A stretch of 64,000 nucleotides of DNA from Phoronis australis. Its lineage: Eukaryota; Animalia; Phoronida. Of the stretch, positions 33,933-47,885 are shown one piece after another. The position numbers and the translations under genes are program-made. The stretch covers positions 12,544-76,543 of the forward strand of contig NMRA01000266.1 of assembly GCA_002633005.1 (NCBI GenBank), read 5' to 3'. Every line of letters begins with the position of its first letter. Within the stretch, counting starts at the first letter, position 1. The notes beneath the pieces were generated by a model that had not been told where the DNA came from, did not search any database, and saw only the letters and a program-made list of their open reading frames with translations.

Positions 33933-34584
33933 AGAGAAGTTTCGCAAAGCGACGCGAACGTGAACCATCACGCATCGATAATACCGCGTTACATGTGCCG
34001 TTCTTGGCTGTGACGAAATCCCGATACTGCTTGAGTATTTTCCGCGAACATGGAGATTGGCGTAGCTTTAAACGCAAAACCTGTGGCACCTTTTTAATTC
34101 TGGTTTGATAAGGCATCGAGATTTTTATTTTGATAAATGTTCTTAAAGTTTATTTACATGTACATGTAAGCACTTTTTGCAATATCCTTATTCTGTCGTT
34201 GGTTATCATCGAAATTGTATGGATTTTCAGCAGGTATAATTTTACGATGTTAATGTTTACATGGTAAATCTACAAATTAATATACAAATTAATTTCGCAT
34301 TCCAAGACCTGTCCATTTCTCACAGGAGTCGTAGAAACGATTTTTTCACGAAAAAGAAGTTTCATAATTGGCAGGGTTACTTTGTAAACTAGCTGACATG
34401 TAATATGCCTACAATAACTGGACACCCTGAGGTCAATTATTCAGTTCACGGTTACTTTTACGTTCACGTAAATACTGTATTTAGCTGTAGTTGCGAAACC
34501 ATTTTTGTTACGGTGACGTGAATCGGCACGTGCAATTAAGTATGCCTGGTGATTTACTTTCACGTCGCTTTGCGAAACCTCTTC
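33933..34584. mobile_element. PIF/Harbinger-like MITE
   Basis: Imperfect TIR ..GTTTCGCAAAGCGACG.GAA and 3-bp AAT TSD on both sides. Confidence 0.6.
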
Positions 34585-37379
34585 AATATTGAACTAATTC
34601 CTCACACGATAATAATTTTGCAATAGTATTATTCGATTTCGGCACCTTCGACAAGTTGACCCACAAGTACTAACCCTAACTCACAATTCCAAAGATGACA
34701 ATTGACAAACAGCGAACCTCAAAGATAATTGGGAACATTAACGTAGCACGTTACACGAAGTCTGTTTAGCTCAGGGCTAAACTGCCCAGGCTTGTGTTGT
34801 TCCAAATCTGAATGAATTTGTTGTGGCAAGGCACACTCAGATGGCAAGGCCGTAGAAAGAGGGGGGGGGGGGAAACGGGCCCCCCAAAATTTTCAGGGGT
34901 CAGCGTTGAACCGTGGCAACCGGCATCAGCGTGGGGCGGAGACAGAAATGAAAGACTGCTAAATGGGGATAAGAGAGAAAATTCAATAGAACATTTAACT
35001 ACTCTGTATCAGTGCATGGTTTAACTTTTGAGAATCCTGCCCAGGACATTGTTATTGTAGCACAGGTCGTTTAAACGCTACTGCAAAACCACATTTTTCC
35101 AGAGGGCCCTCTCTGGCAACGGATAACGGAGACAACTGTAGCTTTTTCTGGAATTGTATATCACTTGAGAAAAATCGATGACCTGACAGATAACATCAAT
35201 TGCTGTACATTTCTTGACTTTTCAAAATATAGATATTTTTATACTGAGGTGCCCCACCCTTGAAGGAGGCCATTGATGACATTCAAGTGACCACCTTTTT
35301 ATATTACTTTTGACAAATTCTTATGGGTCCACTCAGGAACAGAGGGCCCAAAGTTGGAATTGATTAGGAATACGTCTAGTTTCAGTTTTTGTGAAATTTT
35401 GAAACCAACTTTCATGTTGAGAGAGGTCACTTCCTGCACCATCTTGTGACCACACGGCGGTGGAATGAACTGTCACTCTTTTCATAATTAAGTTGTCCCA
35501 TTTCAGACGGGACCGTCTCTCGGTGGAGCAGTTCGGAGAAATGTCCCTTTGTCCCTCTATTCATGTTAATCAGACACTGCCAAGTATTCACTGGGCAAGT
35601 TGTGATTCGAAATTCATCAAAAAACACAAAACACTCGTGCAAAGCATAGCAGTATCAAGACATTCTACCCAAACAACCAAAAAATGTGAATAGATACATT
35701 TGTTTTTACCGCCATTTGAATGTGAGTCAGGAATTTTAAAGAACGTGAAGACCTTTGTTTGTTAATCACACAAAAGGACTATTTCCGATGGTCAGTTATA
35801 AATAATGCTACTGTTTCCATTATTATCACAAGAATATTATCTCTTTTGAAGATGGTTAGTATGAGTTGTTTGTAAGGAATTCCCACATGTGTAAAACACT
35901 GCTGTCGAGGCTACCATTGGGGTAACCGTGTACATGTGCATGTCGAACGAGTGTACTCAAATACTCGCCAAGTCCAACTCGTGAACCGTTATAGGTACCT
36001 CGGATTTGAGCAAAAATACATCTTTCTATGAATGCTCAATCTGCATTTTCCCCTGGTTACCCGTCAAAAATCTGCGAGCCTACATGCGGAAAATGCTGAT
36101 AACAGTCCTTTTGGATCAAACAAATTCGTTGGTTTTTGATTTACATGTTGATGTATAATACTAAAACAGACATGTTACTAGATGACAAGCTAATCTTTTA
36201 AGAAATGATTTCGACTCAGGGAATTAAGTTGAAGCCTAAATACATGTATGGAAAGAACTCTAAAATCCGAGCCCCAAGTAGTAAAGTGCACTTGGAGGCT
36301 TTTTCTTTATATAAAATAACTCTCAAAGACATTGATGAAATTTGGACATTTCCCAAAAATTTACTCACAATGCAATTGACAATACCGGTAAATGCATTGC
36401 TTTTTGACTTTGGTACAAGATTTGTTGTTTAAACTCACTAACAGGGGATCAAAAAGAAATCAAATCAAGGTAAACGCATTGCTGATGGATTTGATTGTTG
36501 GTTTCTGATTTACATGTTTATGAATCTACGAAAATGGACTGATTGAGATGTGATTTTTTTTGACAGTCAGAAGCTAATTTTGTAAGAAATGACCATGCTT
36601 CAATGAACTTAGTTCCAAGCCGGCATTGGGAAAATTCGATCCATCATCAAATTCCCAAAAATTAAAGTACACTAAACGATTTTTGCCTGTCTGAAATAAG
36701 TCTCAAGGAAACTGATGAATTTCGAACAGCTCCGCAGTGTTCCAAAATGTTCTCACAATTCAAATGACAATAAATTGTTTATTGGCTTTGGAACTAGATT
36801 ACTGGATTAAGTTTACAAACCGTAGATCTAAAAGAAATAAAATCTATTTCATTGGTCATCAGCTTCGAAAGGTTGTTTTTGCACTTCCTTGTTGTTTTTG
36901 GTTTCCAGTAGTATTGCGCAGTGAATTTTTGTTCTTCAAAACTGAATCGTTTGCTTGCATTCCCCGTGCATACTACGCACACGGCATGCAAGCTCCCAAC
37001 CTAAAATATAGGGGAGCTAGAATTTTTGAGGATGTGGACCTTTGTCTCGTTTTTCTAGGACTTTTTGTTTCTTTGAGGCGAACCTGTTTGCCCACTTTAC
37101 CAAATGGGGAGGCGGGGGGGGGGGGCAAGNAGCCCCCGTTGGGTGCACACGTGCAAGGAACACGTCAGGCCTGGCACATCCACGTCAAAAATTAGGTGTA
37201 ACCATGCAGTAGGCCTGTGTAGAATCTCAGTTACCAACGGGAACTGAATTTAAACTCTAGACGTTAAAGTGTGTACAACTTTGAGACACACACTGTATCA
37301 TTTTCCCCAGCAACCAGGTACTGGACTACCGGCTGTGTTTCATCTAGGGATCCGAAAACGACCACAAAAGCGCTCATAT

Positions 37380-37980
37380 CAGGCACCTCGGGACCTCACC
37401 TTCCAAAATTACTTCAAAGAATGACCATAATAAAATGAAGTTTGCCAAGAAACTGGATCTTAATAAAACAAACCTTGACCTTCAACCCAGAGCAGAGAGT
37501 CATACATATAAGTAAGAATCACTGTTGGAGCACAGCCATAGTTACTTCTATCAGCTCCCAGTTACCCGTCAGTGCGCTGGCCCAAGACCCATTCAGTGCT
37601 GTATGTTAAAATTTAAATGTACAGCAAGTAGGCGCCCAAAGCCCACCGCATCACATTGAGTACTGAAACGGTGCGTAGGCGCTACGTTCAAATGCCAAAA
37701 GGTCGTTGGCTGTGCCTATGTGTGCCTACGCCCCACTACAGCACTGGACCCATTCTTTTGGCTTACACTCCGTAAACTGTGGGTTCACGGTTACTCAAAT
37801 CTTAATGGCTGCATCCCAGGTATTACCCCCCTACGGCGGAAGTGTGGGGGGGTTCGGTACAAATATGATGACATTCAGAGAATGGGGGGTGGGGGGTGGT
37901 GTGGCGAAAGCAAGGGGATAGCTTTGGAAGTCAAATTGGTTTGTGCACCCCAATATTTTTTTCCTTCCTTCGGGCCCGGA
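37380..37980 (-). mobile_element. Dispersed repeat, inverted relative to copies at about 40348-40740 and 46302-46700; fragment at 50520-50600
   Basis: Shared CCCG(T/A)AGGAAGG..AAAATATTGGGG terminus, GGGATGCAGCCAT..GATTTGAGTAACCGTGAAC and CATTCTTTGAAGTAATTTT. Confidence 0.6.
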
Positions 37981-39409
37981 TGGTCAACACAGCTCTAAGG
38001 ACCCATGAGACTGAAGCTCACCAATCACAAATCGTCAAATGAATGTTTCAATCGCCAACGACATGGCTCTATTCCAAAGAGTGCGAAATTAACAGTCACC
38101 GATTCATTATCCGGTGCAATTAACATGTAACTACTGTAGTGTGGTACACTTCTTATTTAATTTCGGAAGGGATTTTTTGGAACTTTCTATAATGTAGTTC
38201 TACAATCTCTTGGATTAAAGCTTTCTTCCGTTATATAAAACACCAATGGAGAACATTCGGTTTCATTTGATGTTTTCGAAACGTCTTTCTCTTAATATCC
38301 TCCCATGACTATATTTCCAGATATTCCGGTACTTCGTGTTTGTTCCTACAAGTGCAAAAAGCATGTCCTATTTAGCCTAAAATGATGCTAAACCCGCTCT
38401 TGGCCAACCACATTACACAGCTACTAACAACGACTTCTCATCCAACACTCTAAAATGCTCAGTTGTGCAAGAACCCTAATACCCAATCTGTGACCGAGTG
38501 ATTATGTGCTTTTTAGTATAAATGTGGCTGTATCACTCAAGCAAGACGTGGGTTACATGGCAGTAGTCCGAAGGTGCGCTAACTTGAAAATAGACAAAAT
38601 TTCGGACTGACGGATGTATTTTTCATATCTATATACATGCAACTAGTCAGAAACTTCAAAAAGCATCAGCCCACCGGGTACCAAACTACTGTACTTTATG
38701 TCTGCAAAAATCGGTTTCAATGCATTACCTTTGTGGTCACAGCCCGATGTTCCGAAAACCAGTGCATTTAAAGTGTAGCGCTGCAATTGTTACAGCGTAT
38801 CACTGAGTTTCGTAGAACGCCACAAAAATGCACATAAATGTTTTATGGTGGAGTTCTAACTTATTCGTGAGAAATCTTTCTGACCAGTTTACCTTCAGAC
38901 TAGTGAGCTGCTTCCAAGAGGAGAATAGTATATATTAGCGCATGGGCGGATTTAGAGGGTGGGGGTAGTCAAAACAATATAGAAAAGCAAGAGCGTGAGG
39001 AAATGTTCAATTTGATAATGAACCCCGGTAATTTACATGCGCCTGAAACAAGATTTAACATTGCGTGCACTTTCAGTTTGTGTTTGGGGGGCTCAAACAA
39101 GATTGCAAGCGTCTGATCGACATCACTGGCGCAATAATCTTCTGTCTGTTTTTTTTAGTCTTGCGTTCGTGTTTTGTAACTTGAGCCCCTGATATCCTAG
39201 ACCCACCACGGACTTATGAAACATATTTGCATTTATCTTCCATTTCATTTCGAATCATCTTGAATGACAAAGCAGGGGGTATCACATTGCCTGGAAGATA
39301 AGGTCTAGGCGTTATAGAGTGGTTAAACAAAACGCTTCAAAATACGTGTTAGAGTTAGTATTGAGCAAATGACGGCCGAATGCACGTGACTCAGAGTGTG
39401 AAACTTAAT

Positions 39410-41970
39410 GACCTTGTATTCGAGTATACGACCATACATGTACTTGTCATTACTTTAAATTTCATCGCAAATACATCTACGTGTTGTACTTGTATCTATA
39501 CACATGCCAGTACATGCCTATGTAGCAAGCAAGGGAGATCACAAGATACAACAATGCAACACAACAAAACAGAAAAAATAACTGCATGGAGCTGACTCAA
39601 GTCTCTTAAACGCTGCAATTATGCATGCAAGTCTATTGACATGTGTTGTATGCTTATAAATTTATCTATTTCACATTATGTGATAAGCCAAATTTGTTAA
39701 GCAAAAAATCATAATGTATACTTCAAGTGCTTTCATGGAAGAATCAGAAAAAAACAGAACGGCCCCAGTTTATACAATTGTACACGGTTTCACCAATTAA
39801 ATACATTAAACAATTTTAACCAATACAAAATACGACGAGTGAGACATGTTTGGAGCTAATGAGAACAATAACAGGATAGGATAATAGCACCGGTCTCTTA
39901 AATTATGTAAAACATGTTGTATGGTAGAACAGCTAATCGTTTGGAAACTACTTAGAAAATCTTGAAAACCTCATTGTTAAATAAAAATCATTCTCGTGCG
40001 ATAAGTTGCGCTCCGAACGTAAGTCGATCTAATACTCAAAGGAAACCTGGAAATCAATAAATAATAGTAACTTTCATTATCTTGTGCAAGTTTGCTACTA
40101 CGATAACTGTAACTAGCGCAAAATTGGAGTTTCTGACATTTTTTCGGAATTGGTATTTGAACTTTCTAAAATATAGCTCTACAATCTGTTGGATCAAAGC
40201 CTAATTTTGTTGAATAAACGAACAATGGGGTAAGTCCGGTTTCATTTGAAGTTTCCGAAAGGTACTTTTTCGGAATATCCTTCTATAGTTTCTATTTTCG
40301 GATATTATGAGTACGCTGCGCTTGTTCCAACATGTACCAGTGCTAAAGCAGACCCGTAGGAAGGACAGAAATATTGGGGGGCACAAGACAATTCGACTGC
40401 GCCAACCTACCCCCTTGCTATCGTCACCCGCCCTCCGTTCTCTGGATGACACCATACTTGTACCGAACCCCAACCACCCACGTCAACCATAGGTGAGGGT
40501 AATACCGGGGATGCAGCCATCAGGATTTGAGTAACCGTGAACGAACAAAGATTTACAGGGAGTAAGAATTGGTCTAGGCCCCGAGCGCAATGACGGGTAG
40601 CTTGGAGCTGCCTTACGAAACTATAGCTGGGTCGAAGGTTAAGGTTCCTTTTAGTATGATTCAGTTTCGGCAAAACTTCATTATATTATGGCCATTCTTT
40701 GAAGTAATTTTTGGAGAGGTTAGGCCCCCAGGTGCTTGGTACCGGCTACAACGTGCACTATTTTAATCCAATAACCAACCATTATCAATTCTCAAAACTT
40801 TTATCGTAATAAATTAATTTTCCCATATTTTCCAGGCGAGATGTAAAGCTTATATCAAAAAGATAACATTTGATTCCCCACATCTTGTTTATATTTTGGC
40901 ACAATAAAATGTTCGACGTTGGCACAGAGCCGAATTAAACATAAACAGTTTGATCACTATAAGAAAATTAATCACAATATTTTTCAAAATCGATTAGAAG
41001 CAGTAGTCCATGGACATCCTGCTTAATACTGTAGTGTAAAATGAGAAAAGGAGTTACAGTACACTTTCTCCAATAAGAGCATCCAGCTAATGGATTATAT
41101 CAAGGCTAATTTAAATAGTTTTGCAGCAGAACCTGGAACATTTGATTTATCTGTTTTAAGGAATAAAAGTAATATGCCGTCACATTGTGATTCACTATAG
41201 TTCGTTGTTAAAGCTAGCTAAGACTATTTTCCAAAAAAATCTGCGAATTTCCGCTTCCAAATTATCATCTACTTCCGCCATAAATATTTCACGGCTCAAA
41301 TGTTTTTGATAACATCATGGAATTTTGGAACGACATTTGCTGTTTAAGGGGTGCCTTAGCTACTCTTTTACACCTTTTCCTAGGGCCATGGTTCTGATTC
41401 GAAGTTATCAGGAGGTACATGTATACCACAGACCAGTCCATGTTTGACGTAATGGCCTAATCACGATTATAAATTGACAACATGAAATAATAGATGGTGA
41501 GATAGGAACATTTCAAGCTATAGCAAATTTCCCCATAACTTCTTGCAATGACCCCTAACAAATTAGTTTAAAGAACAAAATGTAGATGGATAGGGAACAT
41601 CAGTACAGCCTGTAATACCTGTAATACCTGTCACGGACAGGATCATTGGGGATATGCTGGTGCATTAATCCCCTCCCCAGGCCATCCCTGCGACAGCAGA
41701 AGGCACAGTACTCCAGGGCTGACGTTGCCTGTCAGCATCTGATTGAACAACACTCGGGAACGGCACTTCTTGTGACTTTTAGCAGCATGGCCATAAATAA
41801 TACCGGCTTCGAGCAGTTGGCTGCCATTATTGAACTCAGCCAGTTGGGATGAAGTCTGCTCGAGGGTGCGTTTGTGAGCCAGCCGCTTAACATCAGCCGA
41901 AGGGCTGGTTGGTGGTGCACGAGTCAGCGGGAATAAATCAGATGATATCAAACTAGGTAATTGAGAGAAG
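39410..41970 (+). repeat. About 2.6-kb segment duplicated in direct orientation at 44520-47885
   Basis: Colinear high similarity from TGACCTTGTATTCGAGTA to AACTAGGT.ATTGAGAGAAG. Confidence 0.9.
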
Positions 41971-41977
41971 ATTTAAG

Positions 41978-44516
41978 TATCAGTCCACGGATCCACCGAC
42001 CACAGTACAGCCAACAAGCGGCAAGGTGGGGGGTCAACCATTCAGATCNTTATCTCCCCTTCATTGCATCACAAAGGCGTTATTGTGACGCCACGCCATC
42101 CATGTGGAACAAAAATGACTCAAAGGTAAGTTCAGTTTATGTTATTATTACTCGAACAATTGCTATGAAATTTTGCAAATATGAATTAACACCATTGTAG
42201 ATTGTGAATAACATATTACTCAGTAGTTTTATGTTGTGCTAATTACATATAACTTATTTTAAATCCGTCCCATTAAAGGGACAACGGGATCAAATGGGTG
42301 CTTTAGACCTTCGATCAGCATTGACATTTTTTCATATTTTTGCAGACTCTTCACGGTAAATGATGCAATTTCAATGTTGGAAGATGATCATCACTTCCAA
42401 AGGGCTGATATTTTCATTGATCCTCCTGATGAAGGCAACATAACTGATGAGGACAATGGTGATGAAGATGGTAGTGGCAATGTCGACAACTTGCCGCCTC
42501 GCCTATTGACTTCTACTGCGTCCGTGACTTTGGTACAACATGAACGAAGACATGTGAATGTTGTTGAGGAAGTTGAAGAAGAAGAAGATGCCAGTTGTGA
42601 TGATTTACCTGTTGTGCCTGCTCCAAAGAAACGAAAAGTAAGCAGTAAGCCGAAACCAACACAGAAAGTTGCCAGATCCTGGTCCGAAGAAGATATCCCA
42701 AAGTCAGATAAATTTGCGTGGCAGCCAGTTTATTTTGATGGTGAAAGTCTGCCGCAAACACCAACCGGGTTATTTGAACTTTTTTTTTGATCAAGATGTA
42801 ATTGAGTTACTAGTTGCCGTGCAAACTATCAAATATGCTGCATCCAAAGGTAATCATACATTTCAAGTGACCGCTGATGAGATGCATGGTTTCCTTGGAA
42901 TCCTTTTGGTATCTGGTTATGCTCCCGTTCCTCGCCGGCGTATGTACTGGTTACTGGATGATGATGTGAGAAATGAGGCCGTGGCCAGCACCATGTCAAG
43001 AAATCGTTTTGACGAAATAATGAAGTACCTCCACCTAGCAGACAACGACTCTCTCGATGCGACAGACAAAATGGCAAAGGTGAGGCCCCTGTTATCAGCC
43101 ATCAACGAAAGGTGTTTAAACAATTTCATCAAGCAACAAAACCTGTCTATTGACGAGAGTATGATACCGTATTATAGCCGGCATGGTGCCAAACAGTTCA
43201 TTAGAGGGAAGCCAATACGATTCGGTTTCAAGATGTGGGCTCTAACAACACCACTGGGATACGTTGTCCAGTTTGAACCGTATCAAGGGAAAAACGGGAG
43301 GCAAGCAACTGAATCTGCTGCATTTGGAATGGGGGGTGGTGTGGTCTTGGACCTCTTGGCCAAACTCCAAAAAGACAACGGCTACCATCTAACCTTCGAC
43401 AATTTATTTACGTCCTTCCCTCTCATTGACGAGCTGACAAAGATGGGCATCGCATGCACTGGCATTATACGTGCAAATCGTGTCGGCGATTGTCCTCTCT
43501 TGCCAATAAAAGAGATGCAATCGAAGCCGCGTGGGTACTACGATTTTGCCCTGGACAAATTAAACATGCTAATGGTAGTTCGCTGGAACGACAACAGCAT
43601 TGTGAATATAGCATCCAATATCCATGGAGTAGAGCCCGCCCACCAAGCCCAACGATGGTCCAGTGCCGCGAAGAAGAGAAAGGGTTGATAGAATGGACCA
43701 GAATGTGGGTAAGTAAAGAGTTAGTGTACGGTCTAAAAAGTGGTGGTAGTGCATTTTTGCATACTGTCTGGATGTTTGTGTTCAGCAAACGTGGCACTTG
43801 TACCGCGCCACACCAGCTGCCAAACAACAACCCAAGGATCTGCTTGACGTCAGGCGAGACATCGCCCCTGTGTACCTTGCCACAGGACGGCAAACAGCTA
43901 AGCTGATGGGAAGACCACGAAGTGCGACACCATTTTCTAAGAATGTCCTTGATTTGATAAAGTTCGTATGGACAAAACTGAGCACTATATCATCACTCGG
44001 CCTACTCAGCGTCGCTGTTTTGTCTGTGGAAAGAAAACCACAAAAGCCTGCAGCAAGTGTGATGCGAACCTGCATGACGGATGCATTGTTGCATACCACC
44101 AGTGACATTACTCAGCCTCAATGCGATCATAACAACGTGTTACTGTGGCCCACTACGAAATAAAACTGTGCAGTACGCAATATTTCAAAAACTGTTTGTT
44201 AGCGATATTTGTCCTAAAATAAGTCATAATTGTTATTATGATAAGTTCTTGTTCATTTTATATGCATGAAAACAATGTGTTAATCCATATTATGTAATAA
44301 AATGAACTGGAATTATGTAAAATATAAATTTGCTTTTATGTTGTATATACCACCCATTTTTTCCCACTGTCCCATTAATGGGACGATTACAAATGACCCC
44401 AATATGACCCCAAATAACAACTTTTCCATTAAAATGATCAAAACTCTTTAATAAAGTGTCAAGGCACATGCTATAAAAGAAAATTGCAACAAAATAAGAA
44501 TTTGGGAGTAAATGGG
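41978..44516 (+). mobile_element. piggyBac transposon, left end missing
   Basis: Right end ...GGGAGTAAATGGG abuts a degenerate TTAA (TAAA). Subterminal palindrome GTCCCATTAA.GGGAC at about 42267 and 44369. Transposase remnants inside. Confidence 0.85.
42115..44105 (+). pseudogene. piggyBac (PGBD2/3-like) transposase pseudogene
   Basis: Micro-exon 42115-42125 spliced to 42346. Motifs SIDESMIPY, KPIRFGFK, FDNLFTS, GVDRMDQ and C-terminal RRCFVC...CSKC...H..C. Frameshift at poly-T about 42780, deletion about 43680, and in-frame stops. Confidence 0.9.
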
Positions 44517-44519
44517 TAA

Positions 44520-47500
44520 ATGACCTTGTATTCGAGTACACATAGTTTACCTAATTATCGGACGGAACCTAAATATCGGACATTTCATAAAATCTTACTT
44601 TAAGCATAATCTGAGAATTAAATGACACCAATTTTTGTTCCGTGGTAATGCATTCAATGTCCGGCACCGTCTCGTTTTTTACAGCGTTGCCTCGTTTTGA
44701 TTTCACCGAGAGAGGGTGCAATTTAGACCCCCAATTCGGCCTAAAATGGATGATCACATAACTCGGTTGTAAAAGTTGGAAATAAAATATTTTTCCACAA
44801 TGAAACCATCTCATTGAACTGACAATATGTTACTGTTCCATTTTTTCATTTGTTTTTAAACTCAAGTCAAACCCCGACCGCGCACGTGCGGGTGTCATAT
44901 CAAGAAGCCAAAGTGATAATAAAAACTGCAGTGAGTTTGAACGTGCTTTAGTCGTCTTCACTAATTCATCGAAACGACTTGACGCTGTCATCAGATTTCA
45001 TTTTATGGATAATTTTGTTGCGAATGGACCTGTGTTCTAGCAGCATATATGTCAAAACACTCGAGCTGAAATTCGGCTACAAGGTGCCCGCGGCCATTAC
45101 GTGGTTAGTCAGTTTTCCGTTGTGTGGCGTATGAGGAAACATGGTGTCCGATATTTAGGTTCTCCGAAGGTTTGCTTGTTGTGTTTTTTAAAGTTCAGTC
45201 GGAACATAAATGTGGCTTTCGGTGACAAGATATAGTAACACAACAATTCTATAAAGGTAAGTCTTTATTTCACCAAAGAATTTACAACAATCCGTAGTAT
45301 TTTCAATTAAATATAAATGCAAAATGTGCCAAAACGTCCGATAATTAGGTCACTTGACTGTATACGACCATACATGTACTTGTCATTACTTTAAATTTCA
45401 TCGCAAATACATCTACGTGTTGTACATGTATCTATACACATGCCAGTACATGCCTACATGTATGTAGGAAGCAATAGAGATCACAAGATACAACATAGCG
45501 ACACAAGAAAACAGACAAATTAACTGCATGAAACTGACTCAAAGTCTCTCAAACGCTGCAATTATGCATGCAAGTCTATTGACATGTGTTGTATGCTTAT
45601 AAATTTGTCTAATTCACATTTTGTGATAAGTCAAATTTGTTAAAATATAGCAAGTCTTGTTAAGCAAAAAATCATAATGTATACTTCAAGTGCTTTCATG
45701 GAAGAATCAGAAAAAAACAAAACGGCTCCAGTTTATACACGGTTTCACCAATTAAATACATTAAACAATTTTAACAAATACAAAATACGACGAGTAATAC
45801 ATGTTTGGAGCTAATGAGAACAATAACATGATAGGATTATAGCACCGGTCCCTAAAATCATGTAAAACATGTTGTATAGTAGAACATCTAATCGTTTCGA
45901 AACTACTAAGAAAATCTTTAAAAAATCATTGTTAAATAAAAATCATTCTCGTGCGATAAGTTGCGCTCTGAACGTAAGTCGATCTAATACTCGAAGGAAA
46001 CCTGGAAATCAATAAATAATAGTAACTTTCAATATCTTGTGCAAGTTTGCTACTACGATAACTGTAACTAGCGCAAAATTGGAGTTTCTGGCATTTTTTC
46101 GGAATTGGTTTTTGAACTTTCTAAAGTATAGCTCTACAATCTGTTGGATCAAAGCCTAATTTTGTTGAATAAACGAACAATGGGGTAAGTCCGGTTTCAT
46201 TTGAAGTTTCCGAGGGGTACTTTTTCCGAGTATCCTTCTATAGTTCTATTTTCGGATATTCTGAGTACGCTGCGCTTGTTCCTACATGTACCAGTGCTAA
46301 AGCAGGCCCGTAGGAAGGACAAAAATATTGGGGGGGGGGGCACAAGACAATTCGACTTCGCCAAGCTACCCCCTTGCTATCGTCACCCGCCCTCCGTTCT
46401 CTGGATGTAACCATACTTGTACCGAACCCCAACCACCCACGTCAACAATAGGTGAGGGTAATACCGGGGATGCAGCCATCAGATTTGAGTAACCGTGAAC
46501 GAACAAAGATTTACAGGGAGTAAGAATGGGTCTAGGCACCGAGCGCAATGACGAGTAGCTTGGAGCTGCCTTAAGAAACTATAGCTGGGTAGAAGGTTAA
46601 GGTTCCTTTTGTTATGATTCAGTTTCGGCAAAACTTTATCATATTATGGCCATTCTTTGAAGTAATTTTTGGAGAGGTTAGGCCGCCAGGTGCTTGGTAC
46701 CGGGTACAACGTGCACTATTTTAATCCAATAACCAACCATTATCAATTCTCAAAAATTTTATCGTTATAAATTAATTTTCCCATATTTTCCAGGCGAGAT
46801 GTAAAGGTTATGTCAAAAAGATAACATTTACTTACCCACATCTTGTTTATATTTCGGCATAATAACATGTTCGACGTTGGCACAGAGCCGAATCAAACAC
46901 AAACAGTTTGATCACTATAAGAAAATAAATCACAATATTTTTCAAAATCGATTAGAAACAGTGGTCCAAGGACATCCTGTTTAATACTGTAGTGTAAAAT
47001 GTCTGAGAAAAGGAGTTACAGTAAGCTAATTTAAATAGTTTTGCAGCAGAACCTGGAACATTTGATTTATCTGTTTCAAGGAGTAAAAGTAATATGCCGT
47101 CACATTTTGATTCAATAAAGTTCTCTGTTAAAGCTAACTAAGACTATTTTCCAAAAAAATCTGCGAATTTCCGCTTTCAAATTATCATCTACTTCCGCCA
47201 TAAATAATTCACGGCTCAAATGTTTTTGATAACATCATGGAATTTCGGAACGACATTTGCTGTTTGGGGGGTGCCTTCGCTACTCTTTTACACCTTTGCC
47301 TACGGACATGGTTCTGGTTCGAAGTTATCAGGAGGTACATTGTATACCCCAGACCAGTCCAAGTTTGACGTAAAGGCCTAATCACGATTATAAATTGATA
47401 ACATGAAATAATAGATGCTGAGATAGGAACATTTCAAGCAATAGCAAATTTCCCCATAACTTCTTGCAATGACCCCTAACAAATTAGTTTAAAGAACAAA

Positions 47501-47885
47501 ATGTAGATGCATAGGGAACATCAATACAGCCTGTAATACCTGTCACGGACAGGATCATTGGGGATATGCTGGTGCATTAATCCCCCCAGGCCATACCTGC
47601 GACAGCAGAAGGCACAGTACTCCAGAGGGCTGACGTTGCCTGTCAGCATCTGATTGAACAACACTCTGGAACGGCACTTCTTGTACTTTTAGCATCATGG
47701 CCATAAATAATACCGGCTTCGAGCAGTCGGCTGCCATTATTGAACTCAGCCAGTCGGGACGAAGTCTGCTCTAGGGTGCGTTTGTGAGCCAGCCGCTTAA
47801 CATCAGCCGAAGGGCTTGTTGGTGGTGCACGAGCCAGCGGGAATACGAAATCAGATGATATCAAACTAGGTCATTGAGAGAAGTA
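44520..47885 (+). repeat. Second copy of the 2.6-kb duplicated segment (contains the TA MITE)
   Basis: Colinear with 39410-41970. Confidence 0.9.
44539..45360. mobile_element. Tc1/mariner(pogo)-type MITE
   Basis: TIR ..ACCTAATTATCGGACG with CA..TG ends and TA TSD. Empty site GAGTATACGACC at about 39422. Confidence 0.85.
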
